From: Bryobacterales bacterium
Lineage (GTDB): Bacteria; Acidobacteriota; Terriglobia; Bryobacterales; UBA6623
Reading direction: 5' to 3'
Assembly (NCBI GenBank): GCA_965248305.1
Contig: OZ252099.1
Span: 2,416,338-2,480,337 of the forward strand
DNA length: 64,000 bases
The notes under the pieces were generated by a model. It searched no databases, was not told the origin of the DNA, and worked only from the letters and a program-made list of their open reading frames with translations. Shown here in pieces: positions 9,122 through 19,065 of this stretch. Each line of letters opens with the position of its first letter. Position 1 is the stretch's first letter. The translations under genes and the position numbers were made by a program.

Positions 9122-11711
9122 CAGACTTCGTTACATCGGAACTCTCTGCAAAGAGGCCTAGAGCCTCGTAACTAGCTGCTGGGTCAAGCTTTCACGCTCC
9201 CTCCCCGGCCGCATCCGGACTTGACTTGCGCCCCAGAACATGCTATTTTGAATGCATATGTATTCGCCCGCCAAACTGCCCGCGCCCACTGGCCTGCCCG
9301 CCGCTCTGCCGCTCCAACCCCCGCACGCCACGCCCATCAGCGCGCGCCTCAGCATGCTGCGCGAGGGCGACCGCGTCGTCTACTTCGTGCACACCGACCC
9401 CGTCTGCTCGCACACGGCCGACCACAAGCTAGAGCGCAATCTCTGCCTGGCCCGCTTCGCCCTGTTCGGCCTCGCTACGCAGTCCGAACTGGCCCGCGCC
9501 CACGGCATCAGCCAGAGCACCGTCTCGCGCGCCGTGCAGCGGCTGCAGGTGCAGGGTGAGCTTGGCTTCGCGCCCGCCCCCAAGCCGCGCCGCCCCGATG
9601 GCATCGTGGACCCCGCGCAGCTGGCCCAGGCCGCCCGCATGCTGCGGTCCGGGCTCAGCCTGTACCGCGTGGCCCAGCAACTGGGCGTCTCGCAATCGAC
9701 GCTGTGGCGCTACACCCAACAGGGCTTGCTACCGGCCAGCCAGTGCCTGCCACGGCGCCGCGCCGGCGCGCCCGCCGAGCGTGACAGTGACGCTCAGGGA
9801 GCGGGCCCGCAGCCCGGCGGCGCGGCGCCCAGTGCGCCGCCGTCGGCGGCCCCCGGCAAGGAAGACCGCAACCGGCGTGACGCCGCCGCCCCGCGCGGCC
9901 GCGCGGCGCACGACACGGCGGGCCGCGTAGCGGCCAGCCTGGGGGCGCTCGACGGGCGCGCCCCGCGCTTCGCCGCCGCCGCGGCCGTCAGCGGGGGCGG
10001 CGTGCTGACCGCCCTGCCGAGCCTGCTGCAGGCCGGCCTGCTGCGCCACCTCGACCAGCTGACGCTACCCAAGGGCTTCTACGGCCTGCAGTCGCTGCTG
10101 CTGCTGTGGGCCTTCCTGCTGCTGGGCCGGGTGCGTTGCGCCGAGCGGCTGCGCTACCAGCAGCCCGGCGAGTGGGGCGCCCTGTTGGGCCTGGACCGCT
10201 GCCCCTGCCCGCGCACCCTGCGCCGCCGCACGCACCAGCTGGCCGCTGCCAAGGGGCTGCCGGCCTGGGTCGGCTGCCTGACCCAGGACTGGTGTGCAGA
10301 CGATCCGGAGGCCGTCGCCACGCTGTTCGTCGATGGCCACGTGCAGGTCTACAGCGGTCAGGGCCGGCTGCCGAAACATTTCGTGACCCGCCAGAAGCTG
10401 GCCCTGCCGGCCTCGGTCGGCTACTGGGTGCACGCGCTGGGCGGGGCGCCGCTGCTGTGCTTGCACCGCCAGATAGACGCCGGCATGGTGTCTGAGATCT
10501 GGAACGGGATTGTGCCGCAGTTGCGCCAGCTGGGCCTGCTGGCAGGCGCTGGCGCACCACGCCTGACGCTGGTCTTCGACCGCGAGGGCTGGAGCCCGCG
10601 CCTGTTCCGCGAGCTGCGCGCGCTGGGCATCGCGGTGGTGACTTGGATCAAGGGCTCGCAGGCGCAGCGCTGGCCGGATAGCGACTTCCGGGAGGCCGTC
10701 ATCCCAGTGCGCGCCCCGGGCGGGTCGGCCCGCCTGGAGGGCCAGCTGGCCGAGCGACCGTACGATCTGGGCGCAGGCTGCCAGGCGCGCGAGATCCGCT
10801 TCTGGATCGACCGCCGTGTGCGCGGCACGGGCCAGCGCGGCCAGCCGCGCAAGCCGCTCGAGCTGGCGGGTCGGCCGGGGCCGGACCAGCGCCAGCCCGC
10901 GCTGCTGACCACGCATCCCGACCTCACGGCCGAGCAAGCGGCGGGCCTGCTGCGCTCGCGCTGGACGCAGGAGAACTTCTTCAAGTATCTGCGCGCCGAG
11001 TTCGGCCTCGACACCCTGCCCGAGCATGCCCTGGTGGAGGTCGAGGCCGACGCCTGGGTCGTCAACCCGGCCTGCCGCACCATCGGCAAGGCGCTCAAGC
11101 AAGCCCGCAACTCGGTCGGCAACCTGCGCCGCAAGCTGGCCCTGCAAGCCGACGCCGGATCCGCCCCAGCGCGCGCGCTGGAAGCGCGCATCCAGACTTG
11201 CGACCAGACCATCCAAGGCCTGCTGCTGGCACGCAAGGTGACCGACCAGCACATCTTGGCCGGCGAGCTCTCGCCGGAGGCACGGCTGCAGGCCCTGCCC
11301 CAACCGCTGCGCCTACTGCTAGACACCCTGCGCATGCTGGCCTACCGCGCCGAAACAGCGATGACGACCGCGGTTGCGCCCGCGCTCGACAATCCCGACA
11401 CCGCCCGCAGCCTGCTCAAGTCGCTGTTTCAGGCTGACGCCAGCCTGCACCCTGACGAGTCAGCCGGGACCCTCACCGTGCGCCTGCTGCACCAGCCGAC
11501 CCGCGCCCAGGATCGCGCCCTGGCCCCCTTGCTCGACGAGCTCAACCGCACGCGCACCGTCTTCCCCGGCACCCAACTCCGTTTGGTGTACCGCATGCTG
11601 TCGGACGACCTGCCCTGCTCAGCCTCCTCCCAGCCCACCCCGGCCAACCCCAAGCCGCCGCTCCCTGCATCCAAACTATCCAAACCAAATGAAACGGTGT
11701 AACGAAGTCTG
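9122..11711 (+). mobile_element. 2590-bp insertion sequence (unclassified DDE type), copy 1
   Basis: TIR CAGACTTCGTTACA at both ends. 5-bp TSD AGTAT at 9117-9121 and 11712-11716. Second copy at 20000..22389. Confidence 0.92.
9252..11702 (+). CDS. Large transposase with two N-terminal HTH domains
   Basis: HTH motifs QSELARAHGISQSTVSR and YRVAQQLGVSQSTLWR. DDE-like motifs FVDGH, VFDREG and RWTQENFFK. The ORF fills the IS. Confidence 0.85.
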   Translation: MHMYSPAKLPAPTGLPAALPLQPPHATPISARLSMLREGDRVVYFVHTDPVCSHTADHKLERNLCLARFALFGLATQSELARAHGISQSTVSRAVQRLQVQGELGFAPAPKPRRPDGIVDPAQLAQAARMLRSGLSLYRVAQQLGVSQSTLWRYTQQGLLPASQCLPRRRAGAPAERDSDAQGAGPQPGGAAPSAPPSAAPGKEDRNRRDAAAPRGRAAHDTAGRVAASLGALDGRAPRFAAAAAVSGGGVLTALPSLLQAGLLRHLDQLTLPKGFYGLQSLLLLWAFLLLGRVRCAERLRYQQPGEWGALLGLDRCPCPRTLRRRTHQLAAAKGLPAWVGCLTQDWCADDPEAVATLFVDGHVQVYSGQGRLPKHFVTRQKLALPASVGYWVHALGGAPLLCLHRQIDAGMVSEIWNGIVPQLRQLGLLAGAGAPRLTLVFDREGWSPRLFRELRALGIAVVTWIKGSQAQRWPDSDFREAVIPVRAPGGSARLEGQLAERPYDLGAGCQAREIRFWIDRRVRGTGQRGQPRKPLELAGRPGPDQRQPALLTTHPDLTAEQAAGLLRSRWTQENFFKYLRAEFGLDTLPEHALVEVEADAWVVNPACRTIGKALKQARNSVGNLRRKLALQADAGSAPARALEARIQTCDQTIQGLLLARKVTDQHILAGELSPEARLQALPQPLRLLLDTLRMLAYRAETAMTTAVAPALDNPDTARSLLKSLFQADASLHPDESAGTLTVRLLHQPTRAQDRALAPLLDELNRTRTVFPGTQLRLVYRMLSDDLPCSASSQPTPANPKPPLPASKLSKPNETV

Positions 11712-11842
11712 AGTATGAAAGCAACGGGATTGCGCAGGCGATCTTGCCACACTCGCACAAGGAGCACATCGCTCGATGCGGGTGGAATGAGGCACTGCAG
11801 CGGGGCCATTCACTGGTACACTCTTGTCGGAGGAGGATCGGT

Positions 11843-12382
11843 ATGCAAGCGATGCCTGTTGAGGTTGACGACGCGATTGTCTTACTGCTCGGTGCCCCCT
11901 CCGATTCGCTCGCGCGCCATGGCCGCATCGATGGCATCACCCGCCTCGAAAAACTAATCTTCCTAGTCGAGCACGAGACTGACCTCCGAGACCTGCTGAC
12001 GGAGCATGCCGACTTTGAGGCGTACAACTTCGGGCCTTTCTCGGGAAAGGTCTATCAGGCTGTCGATACCCTTGTCGCCGCAGGCCTCCTAGAGGACTCG
12101 GCTGAGCTAGCGAGTTCGCGCGAGGATTCTTGGGAAGCGGAGAAGGTCGTTGGCACGCAACCGGCTGATCCGTACGCGACACGGAACTTCGCCCTCACCG
12201 AGCGAGGTCGGAAGTACTACGAGGCGCTGATCGATGAACTTCCTCCGTTGACGGAGAAGCGGCTCGAAGAGTTCAAGACCAGGTTCGGTGCGCTCCCATT
12301 GCGACAACTGATCCGCTACGTCTACAAGAAATACCCCGACTTCACGACGAACTCTCTGATTAAGGACGAGATCCTGAGGTAG
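11843..12382 (+). CDS. SocA/Panacea/YwgA-like winged-helix protein
   Basis: GITRLEKLIFL...FEAYNFGPFS...FALTERG...LIRYVYKKYP, with a strong RBS GGAGGAGG. Confidence 0.7.
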   Translation: MQAMPVEVDDAIVLLLGAPSDSLARHGRIDGITRLEKLIFLVEHETDLRDLLTEHADFEAYNFGPFSGKVYQAVDTLVAAGLLEDSAELASSREDSWEAEKVVGTQPADPYATRNFALTERGRKYYEALIDELPPLTEKRLEEFKTRFGALPLRQLIRYVYKKYPDFTTNSLIKDEILR

Positions 12383-12383
12383 C

Positions 12384-12953
12384 GTGGAGGGTGTGGAACT
12401 AGTACGGGTCATATCGCCTGTTGTTCTGTTCGTTGCCATCACCGGAGCGATAGTCAGAACGACGAGCTTGCGCGGTGAGCTAGTACAGAAATGGCGTGAC
12501 AGGGTCCGAGTCGCCGAGGCAGGTCTTAGCGAGCGCGCTGCGACAGAATTGCGTACGTTGCAACAGAGCATCCACGATCTGTTGGGCACCGGGGTTAGCT
12601 TCAAACCCGCTCATGTAGTGGCCGACCCAGGGGAGCTGCTATCGAGCGTCAAACGGATTCAACAGCTGATCGACGCCAGGGATGGCATACAGGGAAGCTA
12701 CAACAAGCTGCTCAGCATTCCGAGTGTGTTTTTCTGGGGACTCGTCGTCGCTGATTCTGGCGTCGCATTGTTCCTCGTTGGCTTCGGGGGATTCTGGTCA
12801 CACACCCTTCTTGAACTGATCGGATGGATCGGCTGCGTGCTCTTCGTATTTTCTGCGTTCACCTTAGCATCAGCTCTGTGGCGTTATCGTAAGCACCACG
12901 AGAGGCTGACGCATGCGGACATCCTGTCGTCCCCCCGGGGGAGCAATGCCTGA
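12384..12953 (+). CDS. Hypothetical membrane protein (about 3 TM segments)
   Basis: One N-terminal and two C-terminal hydrophobic helices. Starts 1 bp after the upstream stop. Confidence 0.7.
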   Translation: MEGVELVRVISPVVLFVAITGAIVRTTSLRGELVQKWRDRVRVAEAGLSERAATELRTLQQSIHDLLGTGVSFKPAHVVADPGELLSSVKRIQQLIDARDGIQGSYNKLLSIPSVFFWGLVVADSGVALFLVGFGGFWSHTLLELIGWIGCVLFVFSAFTLASALWRYRKHHERLTHADILSSPRGSNA

Positions 12954-13383
12954 AACGAACGCGGGAGAACGCAGGATGGAAAGGCCCCTATTAGAGTGGT
13001 TGAAGGCGAAGCGCTGGCTGCGAGAAGACACGATCGTGTCGCGGGAACTCCCTTGGATGGGTCGGAGAGTGGACCTCGCGATCCTTACCCGCTCTGGGCG
13101 CACGACCGCCTACGAACTCAAGATTCGCGATAACAGGCGTGCGATCCAACAGGCTGCGTACAACAAGCTAGCGTTTGATCGAAGCTATGTGGTTACGGAA
13201 AGTGAGCCAATGCAGATCAACAAGACGCTAGCTCAAGAAGTTGGTGTCGGATTCATCCTGCTACGACGAGATGGGTCGACCCAAGTAATTCAACGCTCGT
13301 CTACATACGCCCCAAGGCGGACGTTGCGGCAACGTCTCGTGGCTGCGATTCGATCGATGGAAATGGACCATGTTCGACGTTGA
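12946..13383 (+). CDS. Small PD-(D/E)XK nuclease-fold protein
   Basis: RELPWMGRRVDLA...AYELK...AIQQA...YVV...GVGFI. Overlaps both neighbours. Confidence 0.75.
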   Translation: MPETNAGERRMERPLLEWLKAKRWLREDTIVSRELPWMGRRVDLAILTRSGRTTAYELKIRDNRRAIQQAAYNKLAFDRSYVVTESEPMQINKTLAQEVGVGFILLRRDGSTQVIQRSSTYAPRRTLRQRLVAAIRSMEMDHVRR

Positions 13384-14575
13384 GTTCGAGCACTACCTGA
13401 CTTACGGGGCCTCGGACCAACAAACGGTGCGCCGTTTGGCTGGTCAGTTCACCGGGCTCATGATCCCCGGTACAGTCGCGGCGTTTCAACGCGAAGGAAC
13501 CGGTGGCTTCGCCCTCACGCTCTCGGCTACGGAGGCGCAGATACCCTACGTAATCGACCCGCGATTCCCGCTCTTTCTGCAACCTCTTTCTGCGCCGAAG
13601 AAGTCTCACGGAGCTCTGGCTGCAATCCTGGGAAAACCTGACCTCGTTTCACAACAAGAACCCTCAGTCGCGAAGTTCAGTAGGGAATTTATCGACGATA
13701 TCGCCAAGCGTTGGGCAGAGTTCAACGCAGACTACCGCGACTCCGCGAGCGCGAAGTTCGACAAGTACGCCAAGAGGCTGAACGAAGCTGTAGTACCCGA
13801 GGACGCCAAGGGTCCAAAGTACGTGATTCCACCGTATACGATCTGTGAGGGACGCGAAGATCCGTGGTGGGCGATTTCGCGCAGGTTCTTTGACCGAACG
13901 CAGCACCACCTCGGAGGAGGCCACTGCGTCCAGGTCGTCGCCGCTAAGGAAGCTCGATATCTCGGCGAGCTCTTAGCCGACGTCAAGGGGGACCGTGTTG
14001 GCGTTTGGGTGTCATCCTTGAACGAGTTGCAGACCGGGGAGACCGTCCTCGCTGAGTACGCGACCGCGATTGCGAGGGCCAGACAAAGAACCTTCGCGAT
14101 CTACGGCGGTTTCTTCAGTGTGCTGCTGTCGAGCGTCGGCCTAGGTGGCTCGTGCCACGGTATCGGGTTCGGGGAATACCGTAACTATTTGGAACTTCCT
14201 CAGTCTGGGCCTCCGCCCGCCCGCTACTACCTCCCCGTTGTCCACCGTTACGTTTCGCAGGAACTCGCGTACCAACTGTGGCGGTTTGATCCCTTCCTAG
14301 CAGCGTGCAGCTGCGCTGCGTGTGGGGGCAAATCACCTGCGGACCTTGACTACCACTCCTTGATGCGACACTCCGTCTTGTGCAGATCACAGGAGATCCA
14401 GGCGTGGGTAGGGCTCGGTCTCGACGAATCCATTCGCCGTCTCGAGCAGGAGCGCCAGGAGTTCCTGGAACACGTAGTTGCGGCTGGTCTCCCTCGGTTG
14501 GCCGAGGAAGGCGCGCTGCACAACGCGGAGCACTTGCAGAAGTGGATCAACGCCCTTTCCTTGACCAGAGAGTGA
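13370..14575 (+). CDS. Putative TIM-barrel protein with TGT-like Zn site
   Basis: YVIDP, YGGFFS...GSCHGIGFGEYR, and C-terminal CSCAAC...H resembling the CxCxxC-H Zn motif of tRNA-guanine transglycosylases. Confidence 0.6.
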   Translation: MFDVEFEHYLTYGASDQQTVRRLAGQFTGLMIPGTVAAFQREGTGGFALTLSATEAQIPYVIDPRFPLFLQPLSAPKKSHGALAAILGKPDLVSQQEPSVAKFSREFIDDIAKRWAEFNADYRDSASAKFDKYAKRLNEAVVPEDAKGPKYVIPPYTICEGREDPWWAISRRFFDRTQHHLGGGHCVQVVAAKEARYLGELLADVKGDRVGVWVSSLNELQTGETVLAEYATAIARARQRTFAIYGGFFSVLLSSVGLGGSCHGIGFGEYRNYLELPQSGPPPARYYLPVVHRYVSQELAYQLWRFDPFLAACSCAACGGKSPADLDYHSLMRHSVLCRSQEIQAWVGLGLDESIRRLEQERQEFLEHVVAAGLPRLAEEGALHNAEHLQKWINALSLTRE

Positions 14576-15058
14576 TCAGACTCGACTGCCAGCCGTTCTC
14601 GCTTCCGCCAGCTACTTTCTGGCCTCTTGTCGAGACCTTGTCTGATCGTCGTTTTTCCCAATAAATGCAAATTTTCTGGCCCATTCCGCCAGTAGTACGA
14701 ACGCATATCCGACGTTGCGCGATCAGCTATCCCGCCGTGCCAAGACGGTCAACAAGGGGAGTGGCTGCGTTTTCGAGGACACATGAGATGTAAGCATTCA
14801 GGTTTCGGGGCGCTACAGTTAGGCTCTGCCGCAGAACCACGAGAGTAGCGCAGAGGCAGGCGAACCGGATTTCGTCGGCAACCGCAACGCTGAGGCAAGG
14901 AGTTCCGGGGCAGCCGGAGGAGCAACCGGTCGGCGTCGGTGGAGCGGGTGGATGGCGTCGGGCAGGGCTCGATGGGCAAGCAAGAAAATATCGGCTGCGC
15001 ACTTGACTTTGCCTCGGCAACCTTGCCATCGTAGGATCGGGCGGTCAGCCCGGTCGTT

Positions 15059-16882
15059 ATGGGCAGGACGAAGTCCAGCAAGAAAGGACAGCCAGTCGGG
15101 GGGCGGCCCGCGTGCGCTCGCTGCGAGCAACTCCAACGCGCACTCGACGCTGCACAGTCCGACTTGCAGGCTGCGCAGGAACGGGAGGCTGGGCTGCAAG
15201 CCCAGCTGGCGAACCTGCAACGGTCGCTGTTCGGACGCAAGAGCGAGGCCACGCCAGCGGGCGGGGACGACCCGTCCGCCACGGCGACAGTCGCTGCCGA
15301 CCCGTCGGCCGCCGAGACAGCGGCCGGGGAAACGCCCGCGCCGGATCCGGCCGCGAGCAAGGATCCGGCGGTCCGGCCGCGCAGGAAGCGCGGGCGGGAA
15401 CCGGGTTCGCCGACCCCGCCGCGCGAGCAGCGGCCCGACCTGCCCGTGGTGTTCGAGTGGCTGGACGTGCCCGAGCAGGAGCGCCGCTGTCCGGACTGCG
15501 GCACCGCCTACGTGCCGTGCGGGCACAAGATCAGCTGGTTGTACGAGCTGGTCTGGAACGCGCTGGTGCGCAAGGTGGTGCGCCAGCGCTATGGTCCGGA
15601 CTGCGACTGTTGCTCAGCCCGGCCGGTGATCGCCCCGCCGGCTCCCCGGCTGGGCACCAGCCAGTTGGGCACCAGTGTGTGGGCCTGGTGTCTGGTGCAG
15701 GTCTACGCGCTGTTCCGTCCGCAGGCGGCGGTCGCCCGGGATCTGGCGGCACTGGGACTGCGCGTGCCGCAGTCGACGCTGTCAACGGGGCTGCGGCGGC
15801 TCGCGCATCTGTTCGAACCGCTGGATGCGGCGATCGGAGAGTATCCACAGCAGCAGCCGGTGGCCCAGGCCGACGAGACCTCCTGGCCAGTGCAGTGGCT
15901 GGCCCCGAGCGAGGACGACAACAAGGACCCGCCTCCCCGCGGGCGACCCAAGCCGAAGTTCTGGCTGTGGGCCTGTCTGGCCGGCGACACGGTCCGCATG
16001 CGGATCCTGCCGACCCGGGGCCTGGACTCCGCCCGGCAATTGCTCGATTCGTTGGTCGGCCAGGGCGGGTTGATCGTGCTGGTGTGTGACTGCTACAGCA
16101 CGTACAAGGCCTTTGCCAAGCAGTTTCCGAACCTGGTGGTGCTCTCCCATTGCTGGGTGCATATCCGCCGCAATTTCGTGCGGGCCGGCACCGGTCACCC
16201 GGAACTCAAGGCGTGGGCACAGGAGTGGGTCGAGCGCATCGGCGCATTGTTCCAGCTGAACCGACAGCGGCTCCAGCAGTGGGCTCCGCAGCAACCGCTG
16301 GAGCGGCAAAGCGGGGCGTTCCAGGCGCTCCAGCAGCAGTTGCAAGCGCGAGTGGAAGAGTTGTTCGAGCGCGCCCGGGAAGAGGGCGGGGATCGCAAGC
16401 TCGACTGGATTCTGCTCGACCAGGTGGGCCAAGGCCGCAGCCAGCACGGTGCCGAGTTGGCCCGTGTGGATGCGCAAGGACGGGCCTTGGGGGCCTTGCT
16501 GAGTCACCGGGAATCGCTGAGCCGCTTCGTGGCGGACCCGCGCATCCCGCTCGACAACAATTTGTCGGAGCGGGTTCTGCGGGGGCCGGTCATCGCCCGC
16601 TACACCAGCTTCGGCTCGGGCGGGCCGGACGGTGCGCGAGCGGCGGGTCTGCTGTTCGGCGTACTCGCGACCGTGCGCCTGGCGGGCCTGAACCCGTATA
16701 CCTGGATGCTGGACTGGCTGGCGGCCTGTGCCCGCCATGGCAACAAGGCCCCGCAACAGCTCGATCCCTGGCTGCCGTGGCGCCTGAGCGAGCAGCGTCG
16801 GGAACAACTCAGCAAGGCCCCGGTGGACTGGATCCCGTCTGGCGCCAGCAGCGGGGACACCGAGCTGGACAAGGCGGCCTGA
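15059..16882 (+). CDS. IS66-family transposase (TnpC-like)
   Basis: Leucine zipper...LFGRKSE, Zn finger CPDCG, QADET, DCYSTY, HCWVHIRR, LDNNLSERVLR and TVRLAGLNPY. The annotated start is a non-canonical codon. Confidence 0.9.
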   Translation: MGRTKSSKKGQPVGGRPACARCEQLQRALDAAQSDLQAAQEREAGLQAQLANLQRSLFGRKSEATPAGGDDPSATATVAADPSAAETAAGETPAPDPAASKDPAVRPRRKRGREPGSPTPPREQRPDLPVVFEWLDVPEQERRCPDCGTAYVPCGHKISWLYELVWNALVRKVVRQRYGPDCDCCSARPVIAPPAPRLGTSQLGTSVWAWCLVQVYALFRPQAAVARDLAALGLRVPQSTLSTGLRRLAHLFEPLDAAIGEYPQQQPVAQADETSWPVQWLAPSEDDNKDPPPRGRPKPKFWLWACLAGDTVRMRILPTRGLDSARQLLDSLVGQGGLIVLVCDCYSTYKAFAKQFPNLVVLSHCWVHIRRNFVRAGTGHPELKAWAQEWVERIGALFQLNRQRLQQWAPQQPLERQSGAFQALQQQLQARVEELFERAREEGGDRKLDWILLDQVGQGRSQHGAELARVDAQGRALGALLSHRESLSRFVADPRIPLDNNLSERVLRGPVIARYTSFGSGGPDGARAAGLLFGVLATVRLAGLNPYTWMLDWLAACARHGNKAPQQLDPWLPWRLSEQRREQLSKAPVDWIPSGASSGDTELDKAA

Positions 16883-17806
16883 ATGGCCCGTTCCGCCGCC
16901 GCGCTGGACCCGCGCATCGTGCGGCTGGCCTCGACCGCCTTCTGCGGCCACCGCCTGCGACGGAGCCAGATTGCGGACATCCAGGAGATCGTCACCAGCT
17001 TGCCCCTGCTGAGCCGCACCGAACTGGGCCACACCGTCTGCGAGCACCTGCGGTGGCAGACCCCTCGTGGCAGCAACCGCATCCAACTGGCGCTGCGTCT
17101 GCTGGAGGAACTCGAACGGCTCTCGCTCCTGGCCCTGCCCGCCCGCCAAGGCCCCGGACGGGGCCGCCAAGGGCCCCTCTCGCTGGGCGAGCGCAGTGCG
17201 CCCCAAGCCCCGCTCGACGGCCCCCTGCCACAGCTCGAGCCGCTGCGCTTGCGGCTCGTCAGCGGCCGCGATGAGGCCGCCCTGGGGAACGAATTCCTCG
17301 CACGCTACCATCCACTGGGCTATCGCCAGCCCATCGGCTCCCACCTGCGCTACTTCCTCGAAGACCGTCAGGGGCGCCTGCTGGGCTGCCTGTTGTACGA
17401 CTTCGCCGCCCGCTACCTGGCGGTGCGGGACCGCTGGATCGGCTGGCAGGACCAGCCCCACCGGCCGCTGGAGCGGGTTGTGCGGCAAGCCCGTTTCCTG
17501 CTGTTTCCCTGGGTGCGCGTAAAATGCCTGGCGTCGAAGGTCCTGGGGCTGAGCTTGCGCCAGCTGGCCGCGGACTGGCAGCGCGTCCATGGCGTGCTGC
17601 CCGTGCTGGTCGAAACCTATGTCAGCGACCAGCACAAGGGAACCTGCTACCGGGCCTCGAACTGGCACTATCTGGGACAGACCCAGGCGCGCGGTGCCTG
17701 GGGCACGGCGCCAGCGAAGACGCCCAAGGCGGTCTTCGTGTATCCGCTGCAGCGGGACTGGCAGACGGTCCTGCTCGGACCCACACGCCCTGCGCGCTCC
17801 CGCTAG
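16883..17806 (+). CDS. DUF4338 / DruA-like domain protein inside the IS66
   Basis: SRTELGHTVCEHLRW, YHPLGY..PIG.HLRY, RDRWIGW, RFLLFPWVRVKCLASKVL, LVETYV and GTCYRASNW..LG.T. Confidence 0.8.
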   Translation: MARSAAALDPRIVRLASTAFCGHRLRRSQIADIQEIVTSLPLLSRTELGHTVCEHLRWQTPRGSNRIQLALRLLEELERLSLLALPARQGPGRGRQGPLSLGERSAPQAPLDGPLPQLEPLRLRLVSGRDEAALGNEFLARYHPLGYRQPIGSHLRYFLEDRQGRLLGCLLYDFAARYLAVRDRWIGWQDQPHRPLERVVRQARFLLFPWVRVKCLASKVLGLSLRQLAADWQRVHGVLPVLVETYVSDQHKGTCYRASNWHYLGQTQARGAWGTAPAKTPKAVFVYPLQRDWQTVLLGPTRPARSR

Positions 17807-19065
17807 ATGCCCGCCTCCTCGGGCATCCCCAACATCGGCTCAGCCGACCTCCGCCTCGCCATCTGAACGCTTACGTTGCAGGTTCGCCAGCTGGGCTTGC
17901 AGCTCGGCCTCCCGTTCCTGCGCAGCCTGCATGTCGGACTGTGCAGCGTCGAGTGCGCGTTGGAGTTGCTCACAGTGAGCGCACGCGGGCCGCCCCCCGA
18001 CTGGCTGTCCTTTCTTGCTGCACTTCGTCCTGCCCACAACGACCGGGCTGACCGCCCGATCCTACGATGGCAAGGTTGCCGAGGCCAAGTCAATGTCAAG
18101 TGCTCAGCCGATATTCTGCTTGCCCATCGAGCCCTGCCTGACGCCAGCCACCCGCTCCACCGACGCCGACCGGTTGCTCCTCCGGCTACCCCGGAACTCC
18201 TTTGCCTCAGCGTTGCGGTTGCCGACGAAATCCGGTTCGCCTGCCTCTGCGCTACTCTCGTGGTTCTGCGGCAGAGCCTAACTGTAGCGCCCCGAAACCT
18301 GAATGGTTACCATGAGATAGCTTGTGTAGGCAGGGGCTGCTGTCCCGAGAGGGCGGGGAGCAAGGAGGCCCCACCGGGTCGAGACCGTGTTATCAAACAT
18401 GTATCCAGTGTCGAGTCCGCGCCGAGAGCGCTTCGCGGTCAGGCTGACTCTCGAGGTGGCACGGGCAGACTCGATGATGCTCAGGAACGGTCGGACCTTG
18501 GACTTGCCCGGATACCGGCACCACCCCCGTTTGGGACTCCGTTTGGCAGCGGGCGGTGCTCAGCGCAGCGGCGATTTGACCGCCGGAGAGGGGGCGGAGA
18601 GGAGTGAAGGCGTCGCCGAGGGCGGTAGCGTCACGCGCCTTTGATCTCGTCAGGCCTCCTCGAGAGGCTGGGAGGCCTACGCGTGCGCCGGAGGGCCGGT
18701 AGATCTCCAAGCAGGTGGCTGCATCTAACGCAACCATCCGTTGGGGTTTGTGAGCGCATATCCCCTAAGGTGTTGTGGAGGGATTGACACTCTTCCGGGA
18801 TCCGGTAAACCACGGTTCCATTTTCTCCATCCCCCGAAAGGAAGGAGTGACTCGCTATGTCATCCGCTAACTATCCGCCAAGGCACCCGCGCCCACCCGA
18901 ATACCCTCAGCCGGAGCCGCCCATCCGGCTACCGATCGAGCGGTAGTCGCTCAGCCCGGTGCGCGGCTCGACTGGTGATACAGGGTGTCCTGTCCGAATC
19001 ACCGGGGAGGATGACCTTCGGGCTATAATTGAGTCCGAGACGCACCCAAGCAGAAGGGCAGCACC

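Larger units (their letters stand above)
14790..17874 (+). mobile_element. IS66-family element with a passenger gene
   Basis: Left end GTAAGCATTCAG at 14790. Right end CTGAACGCTTAC at 17863-17874. Confidence 0.85.
14790..18310. mobile_element. Composite unit bounded by two IS66 left ends
   Basis: 8-bp TSD CATGAGAT at 14782-14789 and 18311-18318. Segment 17875..18310 is an inverted, slightly diverged copy of about 14790..15220. Confidence 0.85.

Noticed and set aside
16883-17806. Druantia defence system
   Set aside because: Only a DruA-like domain inside an IS is present. There is no DruE helicase or other dru gene.
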